64,000 nt of DNA from Eledone cirrhosa (lineage: Eukaryota), in the NCBI GenBank assembly GCA_964016885.1, contig OZ024741.1:301816001-301880000 (forward strand), given 5' to 3'. Under the pieces are notes generated by a model. That model made no database searches and had not been told where the DNA came from. It saw nothing but the letters and a program-made list of their open reading frames with translations. The position numbers and the translations under genes are program-made. The number at the start of each line of letters is the position of its first letter. The stretch's first letter is position 1. Below are positions 42,657 through 56,931 of this stretch, one piece after another.

Positions 42657-42784
42657 AATATGGTTTTATAAATATAGTTTTCCATTTATTTAATATTGTA
42701 AATATACTCCAAATATTTGTCGAGTGCTTTTATATCAGTTATAAATATTTACTAGTTGTAACCCAACAATTTTAAATATAACTT

Positions 42785-42820
<36 letters not shown>

Positions 42821-43252
42821 GTAGAATAAAAAGAATAAGAAAACAAATGATAATGGTAGAAAAAAAACCTAGGTGTGACGGAGAAAAAGGGACCCTTATG
42901 CGGGGTATAAGTGCGTGTATCGTACGGTGACGGGTCAACAGAGGGAGGGTCGGAGTACTACAGAGACCACCAAGAAAAAAAAATAATAAATAACGGTTTC
43001 TACCCCAAACACCGGGCCAGCAACCACCCAGTGCAAGAAAGTAGACTAGTACGAGAATGTAATTCAGGGTCCCGCAAAAAAATACTGGTGCTAACTCTAA
43101 GGGTACCGCCACGAAACAAAAAGTCTTATACAAGCTACAAGAAAAGTCGTACGAATTAAAAATAAAGAACGGAAAATTAATACAGGAAAAAGGGAGAAAA
43201 GGGAAAAAGAAAGAGATACTGGATCGATAAAAAAAAGGTGTAAAGGAAGATC

Positions 43253-44458
43253 TTACGTCTCCATAGGCAAGCAGGGGTTACCCATTACAAAATAGGCAAG
43301 TGGGGTGTTATAGGCTACCCCCCCCCCCGGGTCATTATGGAGTTTGAGGGCGAGGTAAATCCTACGTAATCGGTGTTTACATGCAGTAACCAGTTCATCT
43401 TTCTTGTTAAGGAGTTGGTCCGTCGAAAACAGCATTTGTAATGTTTCCTCCGAGCATAAATTGCACGGACGGCGTCCTCCCGTGTAGGAGTTGGCTCTGG
43501 ACAGTAATTTCCAAGTGAGATCATAGTTGATGTTGTTGTCCTTGAGGTCCCATATGTGGCCCGAAAGTGAGGTGGCGTGACGCCGGGCCGGGTTTCGGAA
43601 GGTATGTCTGTGTTGGTATAGCCGGGTCTTGAAGTCGCATGCGGTCAATCCTATATAAGCTTTGTTGGAGGTGTCCGTGCTCAGGTTGCACTGGTAGATC
43701 ACATTACGGTCTCTGCATCTGTTGTCGAGGAGGCAACTTGATCTATCAGGACAGTTGCACCTCCTGGTCGGCTCTCCACTGCTATTTGGGTTGTTTCTTC
43801 CATCGGGGTTGAGTTTTTTGTTGTTGGAGGAGACGATGTTTTGTGCGAAGTTAGGTGTAGTGCTGTAAGAGAGTTTGATGGTATTTTTGTTAATTATGTT
43901 GTGGTAGTGGTGTTGTGGTGGGAAGTGTTTTTCCATGAGCCTAAAGAAAATTTTCCCGATGGGAGTTGTCACCTCGGCGTTGTGGGGAGGATTGAACCAT
44001 GTTACATTTCGTGAGCGGCGGTGTCGCCTGCTGGTTCCGCTAATGGGAGCTGGACAATAGGATATTTCCTCCCGGAAACCACTCCGCTTGAGGGCCTGGT
44101 TGTAGTAAGGCGCGTGTTCATCGAATATCCTCTCATTAGCTGACAAACGGGATATACGGAGGGAGATGTTTTTGACCAGGTTGTTGGTGATGTTCCTGGG
44201 ATGGTTAGATCGGCGGTGGATGTAGTGCAGGTTGTCATTGGGTTTCCTGTATGGGTAGTACAGGTCATTGTTGAGATCGAGGGTAACGTCCAGGAAATTA
44301 ACTCGGGTCAGGGACGTCTGTAGGGTTATTTTAAATCCCCAATCGCGGAAGAAGCTGATTAATTGTTTACGGACCCGGTCTGTACTACTGGGGTTGTATC
44401 CTTTAAGGGTAAGGAGCCCATCATCACGGTACAATCCACCACCAAAAGCCGGAAACAT
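43253..44458 (-). pseudogene. PLE RT C-terminal half, CxCx5C linker and GIY-YIG (open, 5'-truncated)
   Basis: GLYRDDGL, VNFLDVTL, TWFNPP, CNCPDRSSC, VIYQC..YIGLT, CNLC..CKH. Confidence 0.93.
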
Positions 44459-44466
44459 ATCACCGA

Positions 44467-45275
44467 TATCCTATTGTCCAGCTCCCATTAGCGGAACCAG
44501 CAGGTGACACCGCCGCTCACGAAATGTAACATGGTTCAATCCTCCCCACAACGCCGAGGTGACAACTCCCATCGGGAAAATTTTCTTTAGGCTCATGGAA
44601 AAACACTTCCCACCACAACACCGCTACCACAACATAATTAACAAAAATACCATCAAACTCTCTTACAGCACTACACCTAACTTCGCACAAAACATCGTCT
44701 CCTCCAACAACAAAAAACTCAACTCCGATGGAAGAAACAACCCAAATAGCAGTGGAGAGCCGACCAGGAGGTGCAACTGTCCTGATAGATCAAGTTGCCC
44801 CCTCGACAACAGATGCAGAGACCGTAATGTGATCTACCAGTGCAACCTGAGCACGGACACCTCCAACAAAGCTTATATAGGATTGACCGCATGCGACTTC
44901 AAGACCCGGCTATACCAACACAGACATACCTTCCGAAACCCGGCCCGGCGTCACGCCACCTCACTTTCGGGCCACATATGGGACCTCAAGGACAACAACA
45001 TCAACTATGATCTCACTTGGAAATTACTGTCCAGAGCCAACTCCTACACGGGAGGACGCCGTCCGTGCAATTTATGCTCGGAGGAAACATTACAAATGCT
45101 GTTTTCGACGGACCAACTCCTTAACAAGAAAGATGAACTGGTTACTGCATGTAAACACCGATTACGTAGGACTTACCTCGCCCTCAAACCCCATAATGAC
45201 CCGGGGGGGCTAGCCTATAACACCCCACTTGCCTATTTTGTAATGGGTAACCCCTGCTTGCCTATGGAGACGTAA
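44467..45275 (+). pseudogene. Inverted duplicate of the endonuclease half of the same ORF
   Basis: Near-identical to 43253-44063; one premature TGA at 44505. Confidence 0.9.
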
Positions 45276-45707
45276 GATCTTCCTTTACACCTTTTTTTTA
45301 TCGATCCAGTATCTCTTTCTTTTTCCCTTTTCTCCCTTTTTCCTGTATTAATTTTCCGTTCTTTATTTTTAATTCGTACGACTTTTCTTGTAGCTTGTAT
45401 AAGACTTTTTGTTTCGTGGCGGTACCCTTAGAGTTAGCACCAGTATTTTTTTGCGGGACCCTGAATTACATTCTCGTACTAGTCTACTTTCTTGCACTGG
45501 GTGGTTGCTGGCCCGGTGTTTGGGGTAGAAACCGTTATTTATTATTTTTTTTTCTTGGTGGTCTCTGTAGTACTCCGACCCTCCCTCTGTTGACCCGTCA
45601 CCGTACGATACACGCACTTATACCCCGCATAAGGGTCCCTTTTTCTCCGTCACACCTAGGTTTTTTTTCTACCATTATCATTTGTTTTCTTATTCTTTTT
45701 ATTCTAC

Positions 45708-45755
<48 letters not shown>

Positions 45756-45799
45756 TCTATCTATCCATCCTTTTACTCACTTATCTGTTTATTTACTCA

Positions 45800-46090
45800 C
45801 TTATGTATTTCTTGTGGAACATTATTTACGTATTTCTTATTTACTTATGTGGAATATTACTTATGTATTTCTTATTTACTTATGTGGAATATTTTCTTAT
45901 TTACTTATGTGGAATATTATTTACATATTTCTTATTTACTTATGTGGAATATTATTCATGTATTTCTTATTTACTTATGTAGAATATTCTTTATGTATTT
46001 CTTATTTACTTATGTGGGATATTATTTTTTGTATTTCTTATTTACTTATGTGGAATATTATTTATGTATTTCTTATTTACTTATTTATGT
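45800..46090 (+). repeat. ~35-bp minisatellite in the PLE 3' region (mirror copy ~38990-39280)
   Basis: Units of ttatgtggaatattatttatgtatttcttatttac. Confidence 0.9.
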
Positions 46091-46403
46091 ATTTCTTCAG
46101 CCTATTTCTTAGTTACCAGATTCCGCTTATATTTCTTTTCTCTCCCGGTACCTTTTACTGTTTTACATTTTCATCGTTCTACTTACCGTATTGACCTCCT
46201 CCCCCTCCCCTGCCTCGTCTTTTACCTCACACCCAGCTGTAGCTGGCACCACCAACGCATGAATGGGTCTACTCCGCCCCCTCTCCCCTTTTCTCCTACT
46301 GGCAGGTTTGGCTACCTCCCCCACCAACTTGCCATCGCTGAATTACTACTACCTTGTGGGATGACCTATCCTGGTGATTATCTCTTTGACCATATATGGA
46401 ATT

Positions 46404-46498
46404 GCCCCTTGACAAGTTCGGCTATCTAAATACCAGAACTGATTTTTCATTCAGTACAGAATTAGCCGTCGAAACGGCTTGAGCTCAGCCGTCGGGGT
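46404..46498 (+). ncRNA. U3-A8 variant hammerhead (family A, N7=C); predicted cut after 46493
   Basis: gcccc TTGACAA gttcggctat...tagccgtc GAAA cggcttgagctcagccg TC ggggt. Confidence 0.8.
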
Positions 46499-46589
46499 CT
46501 TACTTACTCCTATTTCCCACTCTACTACCCTAAGTATTGAGTACTTTGGTGCGTTATGGTCCACCTGGTCCCTTACCATTTTTCCCTCG

Positions 46590-46671
<82 letters not shown>

Positions 46672-46762
46672 CGAAGTAAATGTGGTCAGGGACCAGGTGG
46701 ACCATAACGCACCAAAGTACTCAATACTTACGGTAGTAGAGTGGGTAATAGGAACCAGTAAG

Positions 46763-46856
46763 ACCCCGACGGCTGAGCTCAAGCCGTTTCGACGGCTAAT
46801 TCTGGACTAAATGAAAATTTATCCTGGTATTTAAATAGCCGAGCTTCTCAAGGGGT
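46763..46856 (-). ncRNA. U3-A8 variant hammerhead (family A)
   Basis: acccc TTGAGAA g...c GAAA cggct..agccg TC ggggt. Confidence 0.8.
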
Positions 46857-47212
46857 AATTCCATGTATGGTCAAAGGGATTGTCAAAAGGTAGTAGTAAT
46901 TCTGTGATTGCAAATTAGTAGGGGAGATGGTGGCTAAACCTGCCAGTAGGAGAAAAAGGGGAGGGGGTGGAGTAGACCCAATCATGCGTTGGTAGTGCCA
47001 GCTACAGCTGGGCATGAGGTCAAAGAAGATACTGGGGAGGGGGAGGGGGAGGAAGTCGAAACGGTAGGTAGAACAATGAGGGGTAAAAAATATATATATG
47101 AAAGAAAAAATACTGAGAGTGATGAAAAGCGAATAAGTGTAAAGAAAAAAGAGTATAAAAGCAAGTTCTACGACCTAAGTCTCTAGCTATTGTTAGGCTA
47201 GAAAAATAAATA

Positions 47213-47284
<72 letters not shown>

Positions 47285-47589
47285 AATAACGAAATAAGTA
47301 AATAAACTAGGTGGGACGGAATAGGCAAGGACCCTTTTAAGAGGTATAAGTACGTAAATCATACGGTGACGGGTCAACAAATGGGGCCAAAATACTAAAG
47401 AAACTACCACGAAATAAATAATAAAGGTTTCTATCCAGGGCACCAGGCCAGCAACCACCCAGTGCAGCAAAGTGAACTAGTACTAGATAATAATTCTGAG
47501 TCCCGAAAAAAAGATATACTAATGCTAACTCTAAAGGTACCGCCGCGCTACAAAAGATCTTATACAAGCTACATGAAAGTTCGTACGTC

Positions 47590-49383
47590 ATGGTGCATTC
47601 GGATAAAACTGGGAACCTATACTTTGTCAACCCTGACAGATACCACACACTGATCAGGAGCAGCCTAAACTCCACCTATAAAAAGGCCAACCACTCTTGC
47701 ATCGAGGACATAAATCGAGATGGACAACAAATTACCTCCAGCCTCGGAGTCGCCGACCGCACGGAACCCCTAGACCCACGGACACCATACTTCACACTGA
47801 AGGACCTTAAATCCGATTTTGACCGTAAACCCTCTATCAGGCTTATTAACCCAACGAAGTCCGACATAGGGAGAATCAGCAAAAAAATCCTTGACCGAGT
47901 GATACCAAAAGTCAAGCAACACGCCCGACTTAGAAAATAATCTCATGGTTCGGCAATATGGAGGATAAATGAGACACTAAATTCATACAGTTCGACATAG
48001 AGAGCTACTATGCTTCAATCACCTTACCGCTACTTACTGCCGCCTTGGACTTCGCCGAAACACTTGTGCCCATCACCGACCAGGAAATAAAAATCATCCT
48101 CCACGCCGGGAAGACAGTCTTACTCTTTGACGACTCTAAATGGATAAAAAGAGCTCCCGACTCACCCTTCGACGTCAGCATGGGCGCCACGAATTCGGCG
48201 GAGGATTATTATAGGATTATTCCTAATAGTCAAACTCACCGATATGTTTCCTGCATTCGGTGGTGGATTGTACCGTGATTATGGGCTCCGTACCCTTAAA
48301 GGGTACAACCCCAGTAGTACAGATCGGATCCGGAAACAATTAATCAGCTTCTTCCGCGACTGGGGATTTAAAATAACCCTACAAACGTCCCTGACCCGAG
48401 TAAACTTCCTGGACGTGACCCTCGACCTCGAAAACGACCTGTACTACCCATACAGGAAACCTAATGACAACCTGCACTACATCCACCGCCGATCAAACCA
48501 TCCTAGGAACATCACCAACAACCTGGTCAAAAACATCTCCCTCCGCATATCCCGTTTGTCAGCTAATGAGCGGATATTCGATGAACATGCGCCTTATTAC
48601 AACCAGGCCCTCAAGCGGAGTGGTTTTCGGGAGGAAATATCCTACTGTCCAGCTCCCATTAGCGGAACTAGCAGGAGACACCGCCGCTCACGCAATGTAA
48701 CATGGTTCAATCCTCCCCACAACGCAGAGGTGACAACTCCCATCGGGAAACTATTCTTTAGGCTCATTGAAAAACACTTCCCACTACAACACCGCTACCA
48801 CATCATAATTAACAAAAATACCATCAAACTCTCTTACAGCACTACACCAAACTTCGCACAAAACATCGTCTCCTCTAACAACAAAAAACTCAACCCCGAT
48901 GGAAGAAATAATCTAAATAGCAGTGGAGAGCCGACCAGGAGGTGCAACTGTCCGGATAGATCCATTTGCCCACTCGACAATAGATGCAGAGACCGTAATG
49001 TGATCTACCAGTGCAACGTGAGGACGGATACCTCCAACAAAGCTTATATAGGACTAATCGCATGTGACTTCAAGACCCGGCTATACCAACATAGACATAC
49101 CTTCCGAAACACGGCACGGCGTCACGTCACTACACTTTCGGGCCACATATGGGACCTCAAGGACAACAACATCACCTATAATCTCACTTGGAGATTACTG
49201 TCCAGAGCCAATTCTTACACGGGAGGACGCCGTCCGTGCAATTTATGCTCGGAGGAAACTTTACAAATGCTGTTTTCGACGGACCAACACCTAAACAAGA
49301 AAGATGAACTGGTTACTGCATGTAAACATAGATTGCGTAGGACTTACCTCGCCCTCAAACCCCATAATGACCCGGGGGGGTAG
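47590..49383 (+). pseudogene. PLE RT plus GIY-YIG, frameshifted
   Basis: DKTGNLY, RLINPTKSDIG, FDVSMG, GLYRDYG (catalytic DD mutated), CNCPDRSIC, YIGL. Confidence 0.92.
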
Positions 49384-50165
49384 ACTAGGGCTATAATACC
49401 CCACTTGCCGATTTTGCAATGGGTAACCCCTGCTTGCCAAGAGAGACGTAAGATCTTCTTTTTATTCTTTTATCGCTTCCTTTATTTCCCTCTTCCCCCC
49501 ATCCCTCCTTAGTCCTTCTACCCCAGTTCTTCTTCTTTGTCGGCGTCTTTTCTCGCCCACCCGAGTCTGCCCTTTGGCCCCTTGTAGCCTCAGTACCCCC
49601 ACCCCCTCCCCTAGTCTATGATAGATTTGGCGGACTCCGCTTTTTATAGCAGTTGTGTTAGACCCCGGATACTTGCCCCCTTTTCCGACCGCTCCCCCTA
49701 TTTTCCGTGCCTTCTATATTTCTTAGTGGCACTTATGCCTTATTTTCTCGTTTCAGTATTTCTTTCTTCTCTTTTCTTTTGGGCGGGGTGGATTCTGAAT
49801 TTATTTTTCCGTATTCTACCTTTACTTCGTACGAACTTTCATGTAGCTTGTATAAGATCTTTTGTAGCGCGGCGGTACCTTTAGAGTTAGCATTAGTATA
49901 TCTTTTTTTCGGGACTCAGAATTATTATCTAGTACTAGTTCACTTTGCTGCACTGGGTGGTTGCTGGCCTGGTGCCCGGGATAGAAACCTTTATTATTTA
50001 TTTCGTGGTAGTTTCTTTAGTATTTTGGCCCCATTTGTTGACCCGTCACCGTATGATTTACGTACTTATATCTCTTAAAAGGGTCCTTGCCTATTCCGTC
50101 CCACCTAGTTTATTTACTTATTTCGTTATTTCTTTATTTCTTTCTTTATTTCTTTCTTTCTTTCT

Positions 50166-50196
<31 letters not shown>

Positions 50197-50546
50197 TTTT
50201 TCTAGCCTAACAATAGCTAGAGACTTAGGTCGTAGAACTTGCTTTTATACTCTTTTTTCTTTACACTTATTCGCTTTTCATCACTCTCAGTATTTTTTCT
50301 TTCATATATATATTTTTTACCCCTCATTGTTCTACCTACCGTTTCGACTTCCTCCCCCTCCCCCTCCCCAGTATCTTCTTTGACCTCATGCCCAGCTGTA
50401 GCTGGCACTACCAACGCATGATTGGGACTACTCCACCCCCTCCCCTTTTTCTCCTACTGGCAGGTTTAGCCACCATCTCCCCTACTAATTTGAAATCACA
50501 GAATTACTACTACCTTTTGACAATCACTTTGACCATATATGGAATT

Positions 50547-50640
50547 ACCCCTTGAGAAGCTCGGCTATTTAAATACCAGGATAAATTTTCATTTAGTCCA
50601 GAATTAGCCGTCGAAACGGCTTGAGCTCAGACGTCGGGGT
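50547..50640 (+). ncRNA. U3-A8 variant hammerhead (family A), one stem III mismatch
   Basis: acccc TTGAGAA g...c GAAA cggct..agacg TC ggggt. Confidence 0.72.
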
Positions 50641-50650
50641 CTTACTGGTT

Positions 50651-50720
<70 letters not shown>

Positions 50721-50722
<2 letters not shown>

Positions 50723-53700
50723 AAAGTAAAAATCAAAATCAAAAACAAAATAGAATAAAAAAGGGGGACGTGTTGACAACGATAGGTGTGAGTGTGTGTG
50801 GGCGGGGGGAATAAATGAAAACAACTTGAATATAAACAAATACACAAGATATGCATATTCATATATATACACAAGATATGCATATACATATATATATACA
50901 CAAGATATGCATATACATATATATACACATACATACACATATACACATATACATGCATATATACCTATACACACATGCAAACACACGTATATATGTGTAT
51001 ATATATGTGTATATATATATAAAATAAATATACGTACACATACACATACATGTGCATACATATATATATATATACACATATATACACACATACATACACA
51101 CATATATATACACACATACAAACATACATATACACACACATCCACATGCATACACATACAAAAGAAACACTACAATAAATTAGATAAATGAATCTCAAAC
51201 GTACATAACCCACGTATATATGTACACATACGCGTGCGCACACACGCAATAACAAATAAACACACGCATACAAATAACCATATACGTAAATCCATACACA
51301 CAAATATACACATATATTCAAAACCATATATACAAACACATGCATACATATATACATATACATATAAACAAATATATACATATATATATATACAAACACA
51401 CACACATATATATATATATATACACACAGACACACACATACATATAAATATAAAAACACGTATATATGTAAGTACACATAAACCTGTCTGCATATGCGCC
51501 CACATACAACTTTATGTGAGTACACAAAAACTTAGTGGGTAAGTAAGGACAAAGGGAAGTAAAACTGAAATAAAATAATAAAAACAATTATTAAGAACAG
51601 GTAAGGGAGAAAAGGGGTGTAAAGTTGTAGTAGAGAGTAAGTGTTTGTGATGAGATCTGGATATATAGTTAAAAAGTGATCTGGGTAAAGGATAAAGGTG
51701 GTGGGTGTGTATGTATTAAAGGTATGGTAGATAGTAGGTGTGGATATAAGTTAAATGATATATAGAAAGAGATGACGGAGAAAAAGTATATATTGGTAGA
51801 AAGTATGTGTTCATAAGGTAATGAAATTGGTAGTGAGTGGAAGGCGTGATAAGTAAATAAGAAACTCAAGGTCGTTGAGTAATCGTTGGTATGTTAATCC
51901 AGTTAAAAAGTAGATCCAATTTCAGGTGCGGACAACATCTAAAGATCTCGGTCTTAGAGTTGAGACAAGTGGTAGGGGTTTTCAAGTTTTGGAGAATTTT
52001 AAAATTTTCCGTAGTACACAAAGAACATTTCTTTGTGCCTCTTTGGTATTCTCTTGAATGGTCTAAAATAGACCAATCAATAGTGTACGGGATGTTTTTG
52101 TCTTTGAACTCCCACACTTTATTTGCCAGTGCCGTTCCTGTTCTTTTTTCGGGGTGTTTGAAAGAAGCGACATGTGCTTAATACCTGGTTTAAAATCTGT
52201 CCTGAGTCATGACAACATATCGTCACTCCTGGCTGGCTGGTTATTAATCATTGGTGTCAATTTAGCCTCATACACAATAGATTTGGTATTACATTTACCC
52301 TGTAATAGACATTCTTCCGGCTTCCTGCAACTGCATCCTGGATTTACTCTAGTACCATTAGAGTTGGTAATTTTAGTTTTCATTGATGGGCAGCAAGAGT
52401 AACTGATTTTAACTACATTTCTATTGAATATCTATATAACATTTCCAATTTTAAACACTACAAATACTTTCGTTTTTTTTGACAAAACCAAAAATCTTTT
52501 TGAAGTAAATAATAATTCGTATAACCAACTTTTAACAGATAGCATTACGGCTAAATATCAAATAGCTAACATTAATACTTACAATACCATTAATAATGAA
52601 GCTAAAGCCCTAGCTAGTACCTTAAAATTAGACAACTGGATGGAAAGCCTAGCTAAACGTAAAGAATATATTACCCTTAAAGACCTAGTTGTAGACTAAA
52701 TTAGCCCTGCTAAATCTGAAATTGGCCTTGCGAGTAAAAAAATCTTAAGAAAAATAATACTTCAAATAAGAACTATGACTGACTTATCTCAATGATTAAA
52801 TACATCCTCTGCTATTTCTTGGTTTAATATACAAGGAAAAAATAAGTGTATATTTACCAAATTTGATATTGTTGATTTTTTTCCCCTCTATCACTGAATC
52901 CTTATTAACAAAAGCCTTAGATTTTGCTAGACTTTTCATTAATATTTCTAAATTAGAAGAAGACGTTATCTTTCACGCTAGGAAAACACTACTCTTTGCT
53001 AATGAAGTTACTTGGGTTAAAAAATCAAGCCCTGAAAACTCTTTTGATGTTGCGATGGGCTCATATGATAGTGCCGATGTGTGCGACTTAGTAGGATTAT
53101 TACTCCTCCACACCCTTAGAGAGAAATTTCATTGCCATAATATCGGTTTATACCGAGACGACGGTTTGGCAGTTTCTCATACCACCAACGGCCATAACCT
53201 TGGTAAATTCCGTAAAGACTTAATCAATACTTTTGCTAACCTAAACCTTAAAATTACTATAGATACGAATCTTACTAATACTAACTTTCTTGATATCAAT
53301 CTTGACCTACTTACCGCCTCTTTTAAACCTTATCATAAACCTAATGAAAATTTAAGATATATACACAAAGAGTCATACCATCCACCTATAATCTTTAAAA
53401 ATCTTATTCCTAATATTAGCCGTAGGATTTCTACCTTATCTTCGTCTTTAGACATTTTTAACAAAGCCGCCCTTATTATAATAAAGCCCTCAATAACAGC
53501 GGCTTCACCGAACAAATTAAATATTTAGCTACTCCTCTTTCTAACACTAAACACAATAACAGGAAAATAAAAATTATTTGGTTTAAGCCCCCCCCCCCCC
53601 TTCTCTCTCTAACTGTTAAAACTAACGTGGGAAGAAAATTCCTCGACCTCCTTAACAAACATTTTCCCCCTTATCATAGATATAATAAGATATTCAATAG

Positions 53701-54316
53701 AAATTTAGTTAAAATCAGTTACTCTTGCTGCCCATCAATGAAAACTAAAATTACACACTCTAATGGCACTAGAGTAAATCCAGGATGCAGTTGTAGGAAG
53801 CCGGAAGAATGCCCATGACAGGGTAAATGTAATACCAAATCTATTGTGTATGAGGCCAAATTGACACCAATGATTAAGAACCAGCCAGCCATGAATTAAC
53901 GATATGTTGGCATGACTCGGGACAGATTTTAAACCAGGTATTAAGCACATGTCTCTTCTTTCAAACACCCTGAAAAAAGAACAGCAACGGCGCTGGCAAA
54001 TAAAGTGTGGGAGTTCAAAGACAAAAACATCCCGTACACTATTGATTGGTCTATTTTAGACCATTCAAGAGAATACCAAGGAGGCATGAAGAAATGTTCT
54101 TTGTGTACTACCCCTACCTCCCACCAAATGCCATGATAGATTTATCTGTCTTTATAACAAATATTAACCAATCATCTTGACAATTACTATCTTCCTATAT
54201 AAGGAAATTCCCCTTGAGAAGTTTGGCTATTTATTTACCAGGCTAAAAATTCTTATTTAGTCCAGAAATAGCCGTCGAAACGGCTTGAGCTCTGCCGTCG
54301 GGGTCATACTTGTTCC
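50721..54316. mobile_element. Divergent Hydra-like PLE pair sharing the family A terminus
   Basis: Minus arm to 52433 (EN 51866-52433); plus arm 52434-54316 with FDVAMGSYDSA, GLYRDDGL, CSCRKPEEC and a deletion near 54110; left boundary uncertain. Confidence 0.85.
54210..54304 (+). ncRNA. U3-A8 variant hammerhead, divergent copy
   Basis: cccc TTGAGAA g-tt-tggctattt...aaatagccg-t-c GAAA cggc..gccg TC gggg. Confidence 0.78.
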
Positions 54317-54532
54317 TACATGTATATATATAGGTAAGTAGGTGTTGTTTGAAACAGCGAGCGAAGTTTGAAAATTAATAGCAATAGAAGCTTTCGTGGT
54401 ATTTTTTACTAAAGAAATCTTACCCTGGTAGTGGGATTTAGACCCCTCTAAGAAATGGAAAAGGATGAGTATTGACGTACATTACGGAACTCTCTTTCAG
54501 TCCCCCTCTCTAAGAGTTATTTGCTGTATGTA

Positions 54533-54595
<63 letters not shown>

Positions 54596-54607
54596 GTGTG
54601 TGTGTGT

Positions 54608-55253
<646 letters not shown>

Positions 55254-55302
55254 TATATATATATATATATATATATTAATAAAATAGATGTTCTTTTGAT
55301 CA

Positions 55303-55365
55303 ATTACATTTTATTATACATATTTCGGATGTACAACAGTACGTCCTCATCAGACAAAATATAAT
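55303..55365 (-). ncRNA. Minimal hammerhead, inverted copy of 58534-58596
   Basis: Reverse complement of the plus-strand motif. Confidence 0.8.
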
Positions 55366-56865
55366 GATACATGACATACCCTGAGATGTTAAATGGTTAA
55401 GATTTAATCAAGGTAGTGATTAACCCAAGAGAAAATTTTACATATATAGCCTAATTATGAGAAAATGCGAAAACGTAAAAAATTCATTAGAGAATGTGTG
55501 AGTAAGAAAATCACAGATCTTCTGGGAATTTTCATATTAAACATGATAAATAGAAATATGCTGGAGATGACCGGTGGTTTATATAGAGACGACATTTTAT
55601 TTACGGAGGTCAAACACAACAATATAGAACTAAATAGAGTTAAGAAAAATATAATAGAATTCTTTAAAATGTACGACCTTAAATTAGAAGTAGAAAATGG
55701 TACCAAAATAGTTAATTTCCTTGACGTTACCTTTAACTTAAACACCGGCTTCTATTACCCTTTTCATAAGCCTAATGAAACCTTAAATTATGTTAGTAAC
55801 TATTCAAATCACCCTAGATCTGTAAAAAAAAAAAAGGTATAGTAAATAGTGTGCAAAAACGTATTAATAAAATAACAGCTAATAAAGATATATTTGATAA
55901 AAACGCTGAATACTACAACAACGCGTTAAAAAGAGCAGGATATATGAATAATATAGAATATGTAGATAATAATAATACAAATATTATTCCTAATAATAAT
56001 AATAATAAAAATAAAACATATATAAGAGAAACTCTAATAATTATAATTCAAACACCCATACGCTAAATAAATCGAGAATACGAACTAGATCTAAACCAGT
56101 CATATGGTTTGCCCCCCCCCCCCCCCCCCCTGCTTGCAAAATGATTCTTTAAAGCTCTTGACACCTCTTTCCCTACTCAACATAAATACCATTCCATTTT
56201 TAATAGACATACCATTAAATTCTCACATTCTACAACCAGTAACATGGCCCAAAACATTGCCAAATTAAACGCCAAAATCCTAAAACCAAACCAGCATAAT
56301 GATCATAATAATAGAGTTAACATAAATGATACTAAACCAAAATGTAATTGTAGAAATAAAACTAATTGCCTTTTGCAAAATAATTGTTTAGATAGTAATT
56401 TGGTTTATAAATGCACCGTAAAAACTGATCACAAAACATACAACTACATTGGTTCGACCTCGTCCACATTCAAAGCCCGTTTTGCGAACCATAAATGCTC
56501 ATTCTCGAACTCTAAGAGGAAATCATCCACGTCTTTATCACAGCTCATATGGTCATTAAAAGAGAAGAATTTAAAATATTCCATTCTTAGGACAAAACTT
56601 CGGAACTGTGGAATTCACCGCAACTCTAGTATATCAAATAACTGACCGTTCTGTACAATGGAGACCCTGTTGATTATTAATAACTATGAGACCCTAATTA
56701 ACAAAAAAAGTGAATTATTCTCTAGTTGCCTCCATAAAGCTACGTCCACTTTTTTAGCCTCACATAAAACGAGAAAAAAAGAGGCAATAACACCAAACCA
56801 ATAATAACTCGGTTACCAGGAATATATAATCAACAGGGAAAAACATTAATGGCCTTTAATATTTG

Positions 56866-56931
56866 TTTCTACGTTAGGCACAAGGCCAGCAATTACCCAG
56901 TGCATTACTGGTACTTTATTTTATCGACCCC
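56866..56931 (-). mobile_element. SINE 3' fragment inside the PLE
   Basis: ggcacaaggccagcaattacccagtgcattactggtactttattttatcgacccc matches 30108-30162. Confidence 0.75.

Larger units (their letters stand above)
39350..42788. mobile_element. Nested Hydra-like PLE (family C) with ~1.2-kb inverted arms and tail 42701-42788
   Basis: 39350-40556 mirrors ~41440-42700; inserted in the internal (TA)n of the family A arm. Confidence 0.92.
38568..46590. mobile_element. Hydra-like PLE head-to-head pair (family A), left arm interrupted by a nested PLE
   Basis: Minus arm 38568-39335 plus 42819-44464 (no tail); plus arm 44465-46590 (tailed); arms near-identical. Confidence 0.93.
46671..50652. mobile_element. 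Hydra-like PLE head-to-head pair (family A, second subfamily)
   Basis: Tailed minus arm 46671-47587; plus arm 47588-50652 with RT-EN and no tail. Confidence 0.93.

Noticed and set aside
44505-44507. In-frame TGA in a PLE ORF as possible selenocysteine
   Set aside because: The sister arm has CGA (Arg) here, so it is a CpG-type mutation and not at a Cys position.
45800-46090. CRISPR-like ~35-bp periodic array
   Set aside because: No unique spacers and no cas genes; it is a tandem minisatellite in a eukaryotic retroelement.
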